NCBI GenBank assembly: GCA_043228905.1
Contig: JBHGNT010000013.1
Span: 1,550,001 to 1,614,000, forward strand
DNA length: 64,000 nucleotides
DNA from: Azolla caroliniana
Taxonomy: Eukaryota; Plantae; Polypodiophyta
Reading direction: 5' to 3'
The notes beneath the pieces were generated by a model. It worked only from the letters and a program-made list of their open reading frames with translations, was not told the DNA's origin and searched no databases. A program made the translations under genes and the position numbers. Below, in pieces: positions 51,593 to 62,999 of the stretch; position 1 is the stretch's first letter, and the number at the start of each line of letters is the position of its first letter.

Positions 51593-53866
51593 TTCGAATA
51601 TCATTGTCTTATGTAACGAACACTCCTCTTTTCTTTTTGTTAGCGTAAAAGTTTTTTTTTACTCTTCGATATTTAAAGCCCTCATTGCTCCTTTGTGGAG
51701 GCCATTTCAAGGTTCATTCACACATTTTGCTACTCGCCATATGTGTTTTAATTTGCAACATTGATTTAAACGAACACCTTAGCAAAGAATTTTGCATTAA
51801 AACTTGTATCTACATTTCATGGAGTTGAAATAATCTTACTTTTGAAGGGCATATGACAACTCATCATGTGGAAGATCTTTAATATTCATATAGATCTTGT
51901 CACATTTATATTTTCTTGGAATTTAAAACAATGGATGGAGACAAATAAATAAGTCTAGGGATTTCAAAATTCAAGGATACCATGACAACTAAGGATGATT
52001 TGGAATTGAAAATAACCATGTCCTCCATCCTATGACACTTAGAAATGGGCGTTGATTTTGATGCGCCAACTTGAGGAGTGCAAAATGGCTCTTAGCCTAT
52101 GATTTGGTCTCCATTCCATAAACTTTCCTCTCTTGGAGTTTCCTTCTTGACAACCATTACCTATTCTATGATGGCCTTGTACTTCCCATTACTATACTTT
52201 AAAACCCCGGTTCATAAGCTTTGATGTGCTCTTTAATAGCCCGAAAATAGATGCATCCATAATAGAATGGTATGAAAGGATACTTTCGGCACTCCTTGCA
52301 TTCAAAGAAGTGTATTTGATATGCAATTCAATTAGTTGCCCCACAATGTCGACACATTTCGTCGAATGATATGATAACAGTGAGGGGTTTGTGATTACAA
52401 TGGCCAACACTATCACATTTGAGTAACTTATGTCAACATTTTTTTTTCCAATCTTATGCATTTCACTATTTCCTTATTCTCTTGCTTGTCAAGAAGTGAG
52501 GAACTGGTGCCTAAGATAAACATAATGTATTGAGGATGACAATAGAAGTCATGGTCAAATTATGCTTTCCACTTACTTGCTTGTCATTTCACATTTCAAT
52601 TTGTGTTAGAATATTGTGTGAGATAGAGGATTTGCTTTGAAAATTGCTTCATATTGAATCCATTTAGGTAAAAGATTGTAGCATCGCCTAACATTACAAT
52701 ATCTCTTCACATATGGCTTTCTTATTGTCATTTTAGTTGCCCTCATAGAACATTCTTCATAGGGCTTTCTTAATACTTGCATTGATTTGTGGGATTTCAC
52801 TTCCCATGCCCAATGTTGCATAGTTTTCACGTGTGCAATAAAGAAACTTTTGTGAGCTACCATTGCAGATAACAAAATGGTACAAATAGTAAATGTCTTG
52901 GTTTGGGTATAGATAAACTGAAATTCTAAATTCTAATCGCTTCCTCAACGTTCGATTAGAAGACAACGTGTTACGTAGCATGCATCTACTAACACACCTT
53001 TTCATACACCCATATCTCATGCACTTGTCACATGACCTCAGAATTTATTGAACATTTTTAACTCTTGCCATCACACGAATTACACATAGGGCAATGCATG
53101 GTTTCTATAGTCGACAATACACAAATTTGTAATGATTGGTAAGTGGTCATATCATCTCCTTAACAATTAATGGCATAAGGAACTGTTGTAAGTTATAAAT
53201 TTGATTGAATGAGATCAAAAAATGATTTCACAGTAAAACTAAATTATAACTGTAGTTTGAATGCTTACATTTGCATTAAATCATATGTTATATTAATCAT
53301 AGCTATTTATCTTATCTTACATGGCATGCATTGAATGACAAATGTTAACAACCGTTAAATCACATAAGCATGTCTAATTTCTTTTTTCAAAACAAAATAT
53401 CCTTCCATTAGTTATATAAAAAGGTCATAATGGCTACAACATACAAAGTATTTTTTCCCCAAGGCTGTCTTGTGTAAGACAATGGCTGAGGAAACAAATC
53501 TATGTACTCCAAAGTAGAGAAAACAATCTAGTAATTACAAGCTATTCCATAGACACATTGCAAGGTATCCATATCCATAACATGTCTAATTTCTTTTACA
53601 TGGTATGTGTTGGGATTCAATGACGAAGCATGATCGCCCTCCTTGAGTCATACTTCACGAAAGAACAAGATACAAAACAAATGCAAATGCAAACATTTTG
53701 TTTTCCAAAAACTATATTTTCCCCCCCCAAAATCTTCCATTAGCTATAAAATTTTACACTTGAGAATGTTATATACAAATCCCAAAGGGGACTCGATAGT
53801 TCCATTGTTATTCCCTTCTCCAGGATACACCTTCGATTACTCCCCTAAGTAATTGGGTCAAGAAAT

Positions 53867-54998
53867 TGTGGTTGCGTAGGGGACTTAATATAGGGCCAAA
53901 CAGTTACACAATAAACGATCAAGATTGATTTGCACGTATGACTTATAAATAATAGAATTGAAAGTAAAGATTAATATGAAATAGACACAGAGGTGACCCC
54001 AAAAAGTATTGGTATTGAAAGACTTGTAATTCGGCTGCTTGAGCCGCCCATTCGTTCCATCCTTGAGCGAGTGTTGCTTCGACCTTTGCGTTCAACTTCT
54101 TTCGGTGTTTGACCACCTAAGCCTTCACTTATGCTTCACTCATTTCGTACTTGACACGTAGAGTGGCCATTTCTGTTTTGGGGGTCGCGACGTTGAGTTA
54201 AAGCTTGGCTTTCATGATTTCGTGGGACGTGGTGACCCGACGACCTTTCTCTCCATCACTTCTGTATGTTGGTCGTAGCGTCGGAGGAGCCGATCCGAAT
54301 TCTCGGCTAACTCCTGCTCGTACTGTGAAAGTGTTTTTAGAATTCAAGGTATTGAAGTCTACAAAAATATAAGGTATGGAGCATTCACACCCGAAGGCCA
54401 AGAACACGAGCTAAGGTTTCAAGTATAAGTCAAACTAAAAGCAAGAAAGATGGAGAAAAGTAAAAGAAGGAAAAAGCAGACCACCAAAAAGCAGTCAGAA
54501 ACAAATGCTCATAACTCTCTTGTTTGACACCCAAATATCACGTGTAAATATGGGTTAGAAAGCTTATGGCGAGAGCTATCCGTAGCTTTTTAAAACTCTA
54601 AATTTGGACATGGATGAGGGAGATATGATGATTAGAAGATCGTTGTGTCATAGCTAAGAATAGGAGATGGAAAAGCTCTAAAAAAAGCGTGGAAAAGAAA
54701 GCAAGCGAAACTTATCTACTAGAGGAGAACTTCATATAAAGCAAGAAGAGTGAGGTGGTGAGGAGAGCTTTTTTCTTGTGGTGTTTTTCTTGCCTATTCA
54801 TGTAGTGCATTTTTCTAGTGATCAATTCATCCTTGTAGGCTTGAGTTTATGTATCTTCTTTCTCTTGTTTTTATGATCATCACTCCTTATTAATATATCT
54901 TTGTAGATTTGGGTTTCTATATCTTCCTTCTCTCTCTTTTCTATCATCATCTCTCTTTTCAGTACCATTTTCACTCCCGTTCCCGGTCTTGTGCCACA
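53867..54998 (+). mobile_element. Probable solo LTR
   Basis: TGTGG..CCACA termini; flanks GAAAT and GAGAT (4/5 TSD match); TATA-like CATATAAA followed by a T-rich U5-like tract. Confidence 0.5.
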
Positions 54999-55069
54999 GA
55001 GATCGTTAGTTGGTGGAGGGACTCTGACAATGTATATTTTTCATGTACCGCCTCTTCCAGCATTTGGAG

Positions 55070-55963
55070 CTACCTATTGAAGAGTTGTTGGAGTTTTGTG
55101 TGCTCATTTTGGAGACTGATGAGTTGGTTGTTTGTAATGGCAGAAGCTTGTTGGTACCCCTCCTCAATCTCATGAATTTTAGCCGCGGATGCCTCCTTTG
55201 CTGCCCTAAGAGCGAGTGTGGCGTTTTCTTCAATTTCTTGGAGCTTGGCTGCCCACTTAGCGTTGGCTGCTTGTAGTTCTGCCGCGGCTCTTGCCTCCCT
55301 ATCTTGGAGGGCTTGGCTGTGTTTGGCCGTTTGTGTGGGAAGCAATTGCTGAAGCGGGACTTCTCGTTTTTCTGCTTGCACATGGATTTGGTCGGCTTCT
55401 TCTTTGGCCGCATGGTAGCGCTCATTGGCTTTCTCGATTATCACTGCTTGAGCTGCAAACTCTTCTTTGTATTGCGAAGGAGGGACCGTGGCCGTTTCTA
55501 GGGGTAGGACTGGGTGGTGTGCGGTGGCTGGCACCGATTCGGTTGTTTCCTGAGTCTGAGTGGACACATCCACGTGGTTAGGAACAAGGGGTGGAAGGGT
55601 GAGGGGGTTGGTTTGCCTGATTTTTTTGAGCCATTGTTCAATCTCGGCCATATGGCTTTCAGAAGCCTGCCACAGTTCTTTGGCCGTTTTTGCCTGCTTG
55701 TGCGCATGTTTGTTACTGACAACCATATCTTTAGCTACGCAGGTCATCTTGTCCAGTTCTCGATAAGCTTTGACCAGGGCCGTGTTGAGCTCAAGTAGCT
55801 CGATCCGTGTGCGGCTGGTCTTAGTTTGTCGTTTTCGGCCAATCTTTTGTAGTTGTGGCTCTTCATCCGAGCCGAGCTCATTGGCAAGTACTCGTTGTCG
55901 CGAAGTTTTGCGCGCGCGTGTTACTTGGGCGGGACTATGAGGGTCTTGGACTAGGGAGTACAA
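55070..55963 (-). CDS. Coiled-coil ORF of unknown function, probably an accessory ORF of a larger retroelement interrupted at 55997
   Basis: 297 open codons, rich in A/E/K/Q heptads, no ATG start, no recognisable domain. Confidence 0.45.
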   Translation of the reverse strand: MYSLVQDPHSPAQVTRARKTSRQRVLANELGSDEEPQLQKIGRKRQTKTSRTRIELLELNTALVKAYRELDKMTCVAKDMVVSNKHAHKQAKTAKELWQASESHMAEIEQWLKKIRQTNPLTLPPLVPNHVDVSTQTQETTESVPATAHHPVLPLETATVPPSQYKEEFAAQAVIIEKANERYHAAKEEADQIHVQAEKREVPLQQLLPTQTAKHSQALQDREARAAAELQAANAKWAAKLQEIEENATLALRAAKEASAAKIHEIEEGYQQASAITNNQLISLQNEHTKLQQLFNR

Positions 55964-56700
55964 AGGGATAGAGAAGACCCGAGGTTTGCTTTACGATGTT
56001 GTGCCCTTCGGCTCCGGATCGTTGCGTGAGTCGGGTGGGAACCGCCGAGGTTTTGGACTAGGAGGAAGAGGAATACAACTTAAGGCTAGTTATGAATAAT
56101 AGGAAGAGAAGTAAGATAGTAACCTCGTGAATCCCACGAGTTTAGTGTAATTAAAACAATATTTAGATTATTAGAGCAATTAGATGGCAAAATTCGTGAA
56201 TCCCATGAATCTATTAGATTGATCAATTCTTCTATATTAATCAACAACCTTATACATATTTCTCTCCTCCTTATATAAAGATGGAAGAGGCTAAGCATGG
56301 CTTCATGCTTTTTCACCTAAAGTGTCCATGCACACTAAATGTGCATGTGATGCTTTGTCATTTCCTAAATATAGGGCTCATGCACGCTAGACGTGCATGA
56401 GTCACTTTTAATGACACATGTAAATAAAATATTCACACTCTAAAGAATACATGATTTTTACCTTTTAATAAAGGTATGTGTAAATAAAGGTCTTATATGT
56501 ATTAAATCTATATTTATAACACTAAAGATAAGTTGTTACAATGGTAAAGTTGGGTTTTATCTACGTGGAGGTGCATGGTTCGAATCTTGCCCTATGCACG
56601 TGATAAATTCTTTTGATATATTATTTATTTATTTATATGTATCTAAAATCGGATATATTATTTTATGGTTTTCATGTAGTGTGTGGAATACACTACGACA

Positions 56701-59700
56701 TTCGCCCCCTCCGAACCTGCACATCCTCCGGTATGTGCCGAAGTTCTCGATCCCCCATATCCGTCTTCACCCAAAGCTTCCTCCGATTCTCCCCTTATGT
56801 CGACTATGAGTTGTAATTCACTTTCTTCGCTTCCCGCATCACCGTGGTCTTCGTCCGATTGCTCCTCGTTGTCGGCCTTGGCTTGGATCACATAGGGTTT
56901 GTCGTCGGTCCGCTTCTTGAAAATCTTCACCCGCTTCCCGGCTATAGGCACTCGTAGTATTGTTCCATCCAACTCGGACAGTCGGTACGTTCCGTTGTCG
57001 AAGACTTTCCGAACCTCGTATGGCCCGAACCACCTTTTCGCGAATTTCCGCATCGTTGTATGTTGATGGTCCAAACTACTGTCATAGACGATCACCCAAT
57101 CTCCTTCTTCAATCCTCCTCCGTCGTAGTCGGTGCTTTGTGTCGAACCGGCTTTTGTTCCTTAATCGTGCTTCTTGTTGTCGGCGTATTGCTTCCGCTAT
57201 GTCTGCCGGTCTTCCCTCTAGTTGTCGTATCCGGACCGCTAGTAGTTCTTCCCGGCTCATCTCTTCCTTCCACGGTAGCACTGTCCATGTTGCGATCGCG
57301 GTTTCCGTCGGCATTACCGGTGCTTGTCCGGTCATGAGTTCTGCCGGCATGTAACCGGTTATGGAACTATGCGTCGTCTGATCCGCCCATAGTGCATGCG
57401 GAAGCATCTGCGGCCAGTCCTTCACCTTTCCATCGCATGCCTTCACAAGTGCTTTCACGATCGGACTATGTCCTCGTTCGATTTTCCCGTTGGCCTCCGG
57501 ATTGTATGCCGTTGTCAGCGATAACCGAACTCCGTGTTTAGCGAAGAAACCCCTAGCTTTGTCCGAGTCGAGTTCTCCCCGGTCCGCAATCACTTGTCCT
57601 ACGCACCCGTACCTGCAAAATACTTCCTCCAAAAGAAATTGGCATACCGCGGAACACGTTTTCCTCTGAAGCGCTCGACCTTCTACTTGATTCGTGAGAT
57701 CTTCCCGAGCTAATACCAAGTATTTCTTTTGTCCGATCCTGGTCGGCATGGCCACTATGTCAACCATCCACTTGAAGTTGATTGTTGGTGAGAATGTCGG
57801 ATGTAACTCATCTCGATGTCGAACCCTGGAGTAGACTTGACATTTCTCGCAGCTTTCCGTGAACTCCACGACATCTTTGTACATTTTCTTCCACCAATAT
57901 TTTTGCTTGATCTTCACAAATGTTGCCCATGTTCCTCGGTGTCCAGCCCAATCGGATTCGTGAAACTCGGACATTATCCGGTTTTGTTGCTCTTTTGTCC
58001 CGACTACTCGAAGTGGTATACCATCCGGTCTTTTCGGCGCCCTCCATATTAATCTGTTTTCCAAGAAGAACTTTTGGACTTGTCTCTTCTTCCTTCGGAT
58101 CTCGGCTCTTCTTCCTTTATCGTTTGTTGAATCCTCGGCCTCTTGTAATATCTTCCCGATCATCAAGCTTTCTCCCTCGTATTCTTCTTCCCGGAATTCC
58201 CGGATTACGTTTACTCGGCATATGTGCTCCGAGGCGAAGTAGTCTTCGGAAACTTCTTCATTATCCGATTCGGTTATGTCGTCTCCGAACCGAGCCCTTG
58301 ATAACATATCCGCTACCGCGTTGTCCTTCCCCGAGATGTGTCGAACCTCCGGATTAAGCGACTTGACATATGCAACCCACCTTAGCATAGCTACATCCAG
58401 TATCGTACAACACCGCATCATCCCGAGTATCGGAAGACAATCCGTCTCGATCACCACTTCGGCTCCGATCAAATAATCCCGATCCGATTTTATCGCCGAC
58501 ACGACTCCCCACAGTTCTCTTTTGACTTGCGCATATCCACGTTGCCTTTCGTTGAGAACCTTTGCTCCGAATCGGATCGGATACCGCGAACCATCCGAGT
58601 CAGCTTGATTGATGACCCACCCGATACCGGTTGGACTCGCATACTTCCTCCATAGCTTGAATCGCATCGATCTTTGTTGGTGACGGTCTTCGGCCGTAGG
58701 GCCCACATAGATGTCCGACCACCAATATTTCTTCTTGCCCAAATGCCGATTTCTCCCCGGAAAGTGTTAGGTGCACATCTTCTAGCTTTCGCAACACTTT
58801 CTCGCAATCATGAATATGGTCGACCACGAACTTCCGGCATCCCCGATCATCCATAGTCTCATCTTTTTCTTCTACCGCGCATCCTTTCATCGGAATGTCA
58901 TCGAGGAACGGCATCGTTATCTCTGGAATGCAGTCTCGAAGCACCTTGTTCATCGCGTTCATCATATGAGCAACCGAGTTTGTCGCTCCTTGTGGTAGTG
59001 TGCACATTCGGACTAATCCTATCGGTGTTCGCATGGTTGTGATGTCTCGGCTCTCCACGGCTAGTTGGAATTGGTCATACCCCGAGTATAGGTCTCCGAT
59101 GGAGTATATCGCACGACCGGCAAAAGCTTCCGCAAATTCGTCCACTATCGGACCGACTCCCGAGTTCCGGATCGTGACCTTATTCACCGGTTGCAATTCT
59201 TGGATAAATCGGAGTGACCCATTCTTCTTCGGAACCGTAAACCATCGATTTGAGTACGGAGCAGTTGATGGCTCTAGAATCCCCATCGCCACCTTCTCCT
59301 TGAGCAAGTCAATGACTTTCGGAATATTCGCTCGTGGCACCGGAATTGGCTTCAGGTTCCACGGTACATGGTCAATCGTGAAGATCACCATCGGCTCCAC
59401 TATTCTCGGATCGACGCACCCTATCTCCCTTGATGTAAACGCAAAGGCTTTGCCGTATTGCTCCAACATCTCGCGAAACCGTTCTTCTTCTTTTTGTAAT
59501 AGGAACCCACCTCCACCGATCCGAAGTTTCTTCCGGGTCTCATCCGTGAAGGCATGTCCGATATCCACGGACTTCCAAAGTGTCGGATCTCCCGAGACTT
59601 CTTTCCTCTTTTGTTCGCTATCGGCGGGTAGTGGTCCCGCGGCCGGTTTCACCTTCTTCTCCACGGTCTTGTATTTCGTACTTACCATTGCTTCTTCTTT

Positions 59701-60066
59701 GCGGAGCGTATCCGGCCTCATTTTCTCAATGATCTCGTACATCTCGACCGATTCCACCGGGACTACCCGGTTCCCTTGGCTTTTATCTTCCGCAAGCTCT
59801 TCAAGTCGTTGTAGCATGCTCCCATAGAACACTTCTTCGACTATCCCCACGATTTCTTCATCTTCTTTTATTATTGATGCCGACCGCAACTTATCCTCCA
59901 CTTGTCGGTATCCTTTCTTCAATCCTCCGGTTACGGTCGTGTACGTAGATGCCCCATCCAGACTGATTCGTACATGTTTTGCTCCGAGAGTTTTCTTCCT
60001 GTGTGGGGTATCAGGGCTTCTCGGACTATCACTTCCCCACTCCGCAACAGTCCGCTTTAAAAATCC
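56701..60066 (-). pseudogene. RT-RNase H-integrase ORF in the -1 frame relative to protease, with a deletion-induced frameshift near 58635
   Basis: ORFs 58600-59922 and 56658-58742. The frame is open from 60066. Confidence 0.85.
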
Positions 60067-62099
60067 ATTCTCACTTGGGACAAGAGTTCCCTCTTGTTCC
60101 TTTCGTGATTTGCCGGCATCGTTAGGAATTGGACGGATTTCCCACCGTTTTGGCTCCGAATTCGCGCAAAAGCCGCACCGCTATCGAGCACCTTCGTCTC
60201 CATCCATGATGCCGTGATAAAGGGTTGGCCGAGGATGACGGAATGTGAAACCTCATCTTGCACGAAGAAATTTTGGTCGATCTCGACATCTCCGATCTTC
60301 ACCATCACATCCGGACAAGCCGCAAATAGATCTTCAGTTGCTTTGGTGGCCACCCGAATCTTCCATCCATGGTTGGTGTTAATAGGCCACTTCCCCTTCC
60401 GGTAGAACTCCTTGGACATCAAGTTGATCTCCGATCCGTGATCAATCAATGCTAGCACGGGTTCTTTGATGTTGCCGATTCGGACCGGAGTCTCCGTAGT
60501 CGCGCGTGCCCAATGTGGCCTTGTATAGTGGGAGTTCGGAATTTCGTCCTCCACTTCGGTGTCGTTCATTAAAACGGTGTTCGCATTCACCCTTGGAGCA
60601 TTTTCCTCCGTACTTTGTCTTTTTCGCTTCACGAGATCCACGAGAAGATCGTGGAACTCCTTCTTTGCTATTTCGAGTAGCTCCCGAAGCGAGAAATCTA
60701 CCCGGCTATCCAAGATTCTTTCCTCGAACACTCTTTTCAAGTCGGTTTGTTGTTCTATGTCCGAGGCGAGCTTGAATGCCGGAGTCGCCTTTTCTTTTCC
60801 CTTAACTCGGAGTTCCAGCTTTCCGGTATCTTTGATGGCCCGGCCGCATCCTCCGTGCGTCGTCGTTTCTCGTCCACATACACCTTATGCAATTGACATA
60901 GGGCGTATACGCTATTCTTGTCGACAGGGCACTCCCATCCCGTAGCTTCCCGGACGCCTTCCGCGGTGCTTCGGATCTTGTTAGAGTCGGTTTTCTCGGT
61001 GTTTTCTAGAACTTCCGGCCAAAAAGACGTCTTTGCTCTCGATGACTCCCCGACACATATTCCCGCGGTTGTCGCATAGTTGCTTCTTGCCGCCAATTCC
61101 TCCTCGAGCACCTTCTTCATGCCGCCTTTCTGGAAGTTCGGTCGGAGTGGCTTCCGAGAGTCCATCGAATGAATCCGGTTTCCCTCGTAGTAGATGAGAT
61201 CCCGCCGTAGCGCCTCCTTATGCTCGTCGCAATCCCTCCGATCGTGTTCGGCGCTATCGCACCATATGCACCGTCGGTCCGTATACTTGGAGCTTGTGGG
61301 GCGGTCATCCGACTTCTTCACCATCGCGATCTTCAGATTCTCCATCTCCTTCAATAGTTGCTCCACCGTAGATGCATCAATCCCCTTCTCGGTTGTAGTC
61401 TCTCGAGCCCTCAGTTGATGGTCTTCCAATCCGGTTCTCGGTTTCGGAATCGGTTCCAAAACCCTCTTTTCCTCGTCGGCAAGCCATTGCCCCCTCTTCG
61501 TGTATCGCACGACGATATCCCGCACGCTTTCCCATGTTTCGGTGAGGCCGCTCTCCGTGGTCGTGTCCTCCAAGAGCACTCCGAGATCTTTCCGGTCCCG
61601 GACGTCCACGGCTCGCAAGAACATGATCACCTTGTCCGGTACGAGGATAACTTGATCTCTCGCGGACAACCTCCCGAACCGGCTTTCGAATGCCGAAAAC
61701 ACATCAACGACCTTCAATCCCTTGTCCGGCGTCTCCACCCAATCTTCAAATCCCCTTCGCATCGCCTTGGACGAATCCTCGATGGCGAACGTCCTCTTTA
61801 GCTCTACTTCAAACGCCTCCCATGTCGGATTTTGCTGTCGTAGCCCATGGATGCTTGCTTGAAGCCCGTCGGTCGCCACCCGGTTGAAGGACGTCACTTG
61901 CAGTCCTTCCGATATTCTGCACCGTAGCATCTCCGCCTTGTAGTCCCGAAGATACCGCGACACGTCTTTCCCGTTGAATTGCCCGTTTCGTTGCACGAGC
62001 CGCTCCACTGATGCCGCTATCTCCGACATCGCACGTTGTTCTTGTAGCATGCGCTTGAACATCATCATCATGTTGCTAGCCTCCGGTTGATTTTCCATC
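60057..62099 (-). pseudogene. gag-protease ORF with one frameshift near 60820
   Basis: ORFs 60755-62185 and 60057-60740. The sister element keeps the equivalent segment in the gag frame. Confidence 0.8.
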
Positions 62100-62999
62100 T
62101 CCTTGCCACCCGTTTTCACGTCGGGTTCACCAACTGTGTCGTGCCCTTCGGCTCCGGATCGTTGCGTGAGTCGGGTGGGAACCACCGAGGTTTTGGACTA
62201 GGAGGAAGAGGAATACAACTTAAGGCTAGTTATGAATAATAGGAAGAGAAGTAAGATAGTAACCTCGTGAATCCCACGAGTTTAGTGTAATTAAAACAAT
62301 ATTTAGATTATTAGAGCAATTAGATGGCAAAATTCGTGAATCCCACGAATCTATTAGATTGATCAATTCTTCTATATTAATCAACAACCTTATACATATT
62401 TCTCTCCTCCTTATATAAAGATGGAAGAGGCTAAGCATGGCTTCATGCTTTTTCACCTAAAGTGTCCATGCACACTAAATGTGCATGTGATGCTTTGTCA
62501 TTTCCTAAATATAGGGCTCATGCACGCTAGACGTGCATGAGTCACTTTTAATGGCACGTGTAAATAAAATATTCACACTCTAAAGAATACATGATTTTTA
62601 CCTTTTAATAAAGGTATGTGTAAATAAAGGTCTTATACATATTAAATCTACATTTATAACACTAAAGATAAGTTATTACAATGGTAAAGTTGGGGTTTAT
62701 CTATGTGGAGGTGCATGGTTTGAATCCTGCCCTATTGATGTGATAAATTCTTTTGATATATTATTTATTTATTTATATGTATCTAAAATTGGATATATTA
62801 TTTTATGGTTTTCACGTAGTGTGTGGAATACACTACGACAACGACAATATTACTTCCCAACCCCTTCCCGAGCAAGGGTTTGTTGCCCCTTTTGTGGGAC
62901 TGGTGGCTTTCGTTGATCATGACTCGTCGAGTTTTCGAGATCACCGCACGAGCCGAGTGATCAAACGGGTACAAGCAAAGATGAGCATGCAAGATGAAC

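Larger units (their letters stand above)
55997..62840 (-). mobile_element. Full-length tRNA-Trp-primed Ty3/gypsy: 5' LTR 62137-62840, PBS 62116-62132, 3' LTR 55997-56700, 4-bp TSD ACGA
   Basis: Two 704-bp LTRs with about 18 differences by eye. PBS TGGTGAACCCGACGTGA, PPT AGGGGGCGAA. Gag (CIWCDSAEHDRRDC), protease, RT (FLDDIPMKG), RNase H and integrase (GPY motif, no chromodomain). Internal deletion near 58635. Confidence 0.95.

Noticed and set aside
46000-53800. Degenerate DNA-transposon (CACTA-like) coding remnants or hidden genes
   Set aside because: Only faint Cys-rich fragments; no motif or splice structure I can support by eye. A tblastn or HMM search would be needed.
60760-60830. Programmed gag/protease frameshift
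   Set aside because: The sister element keeps the homologous segment in the gag frame, so this is more likely a decay indel.
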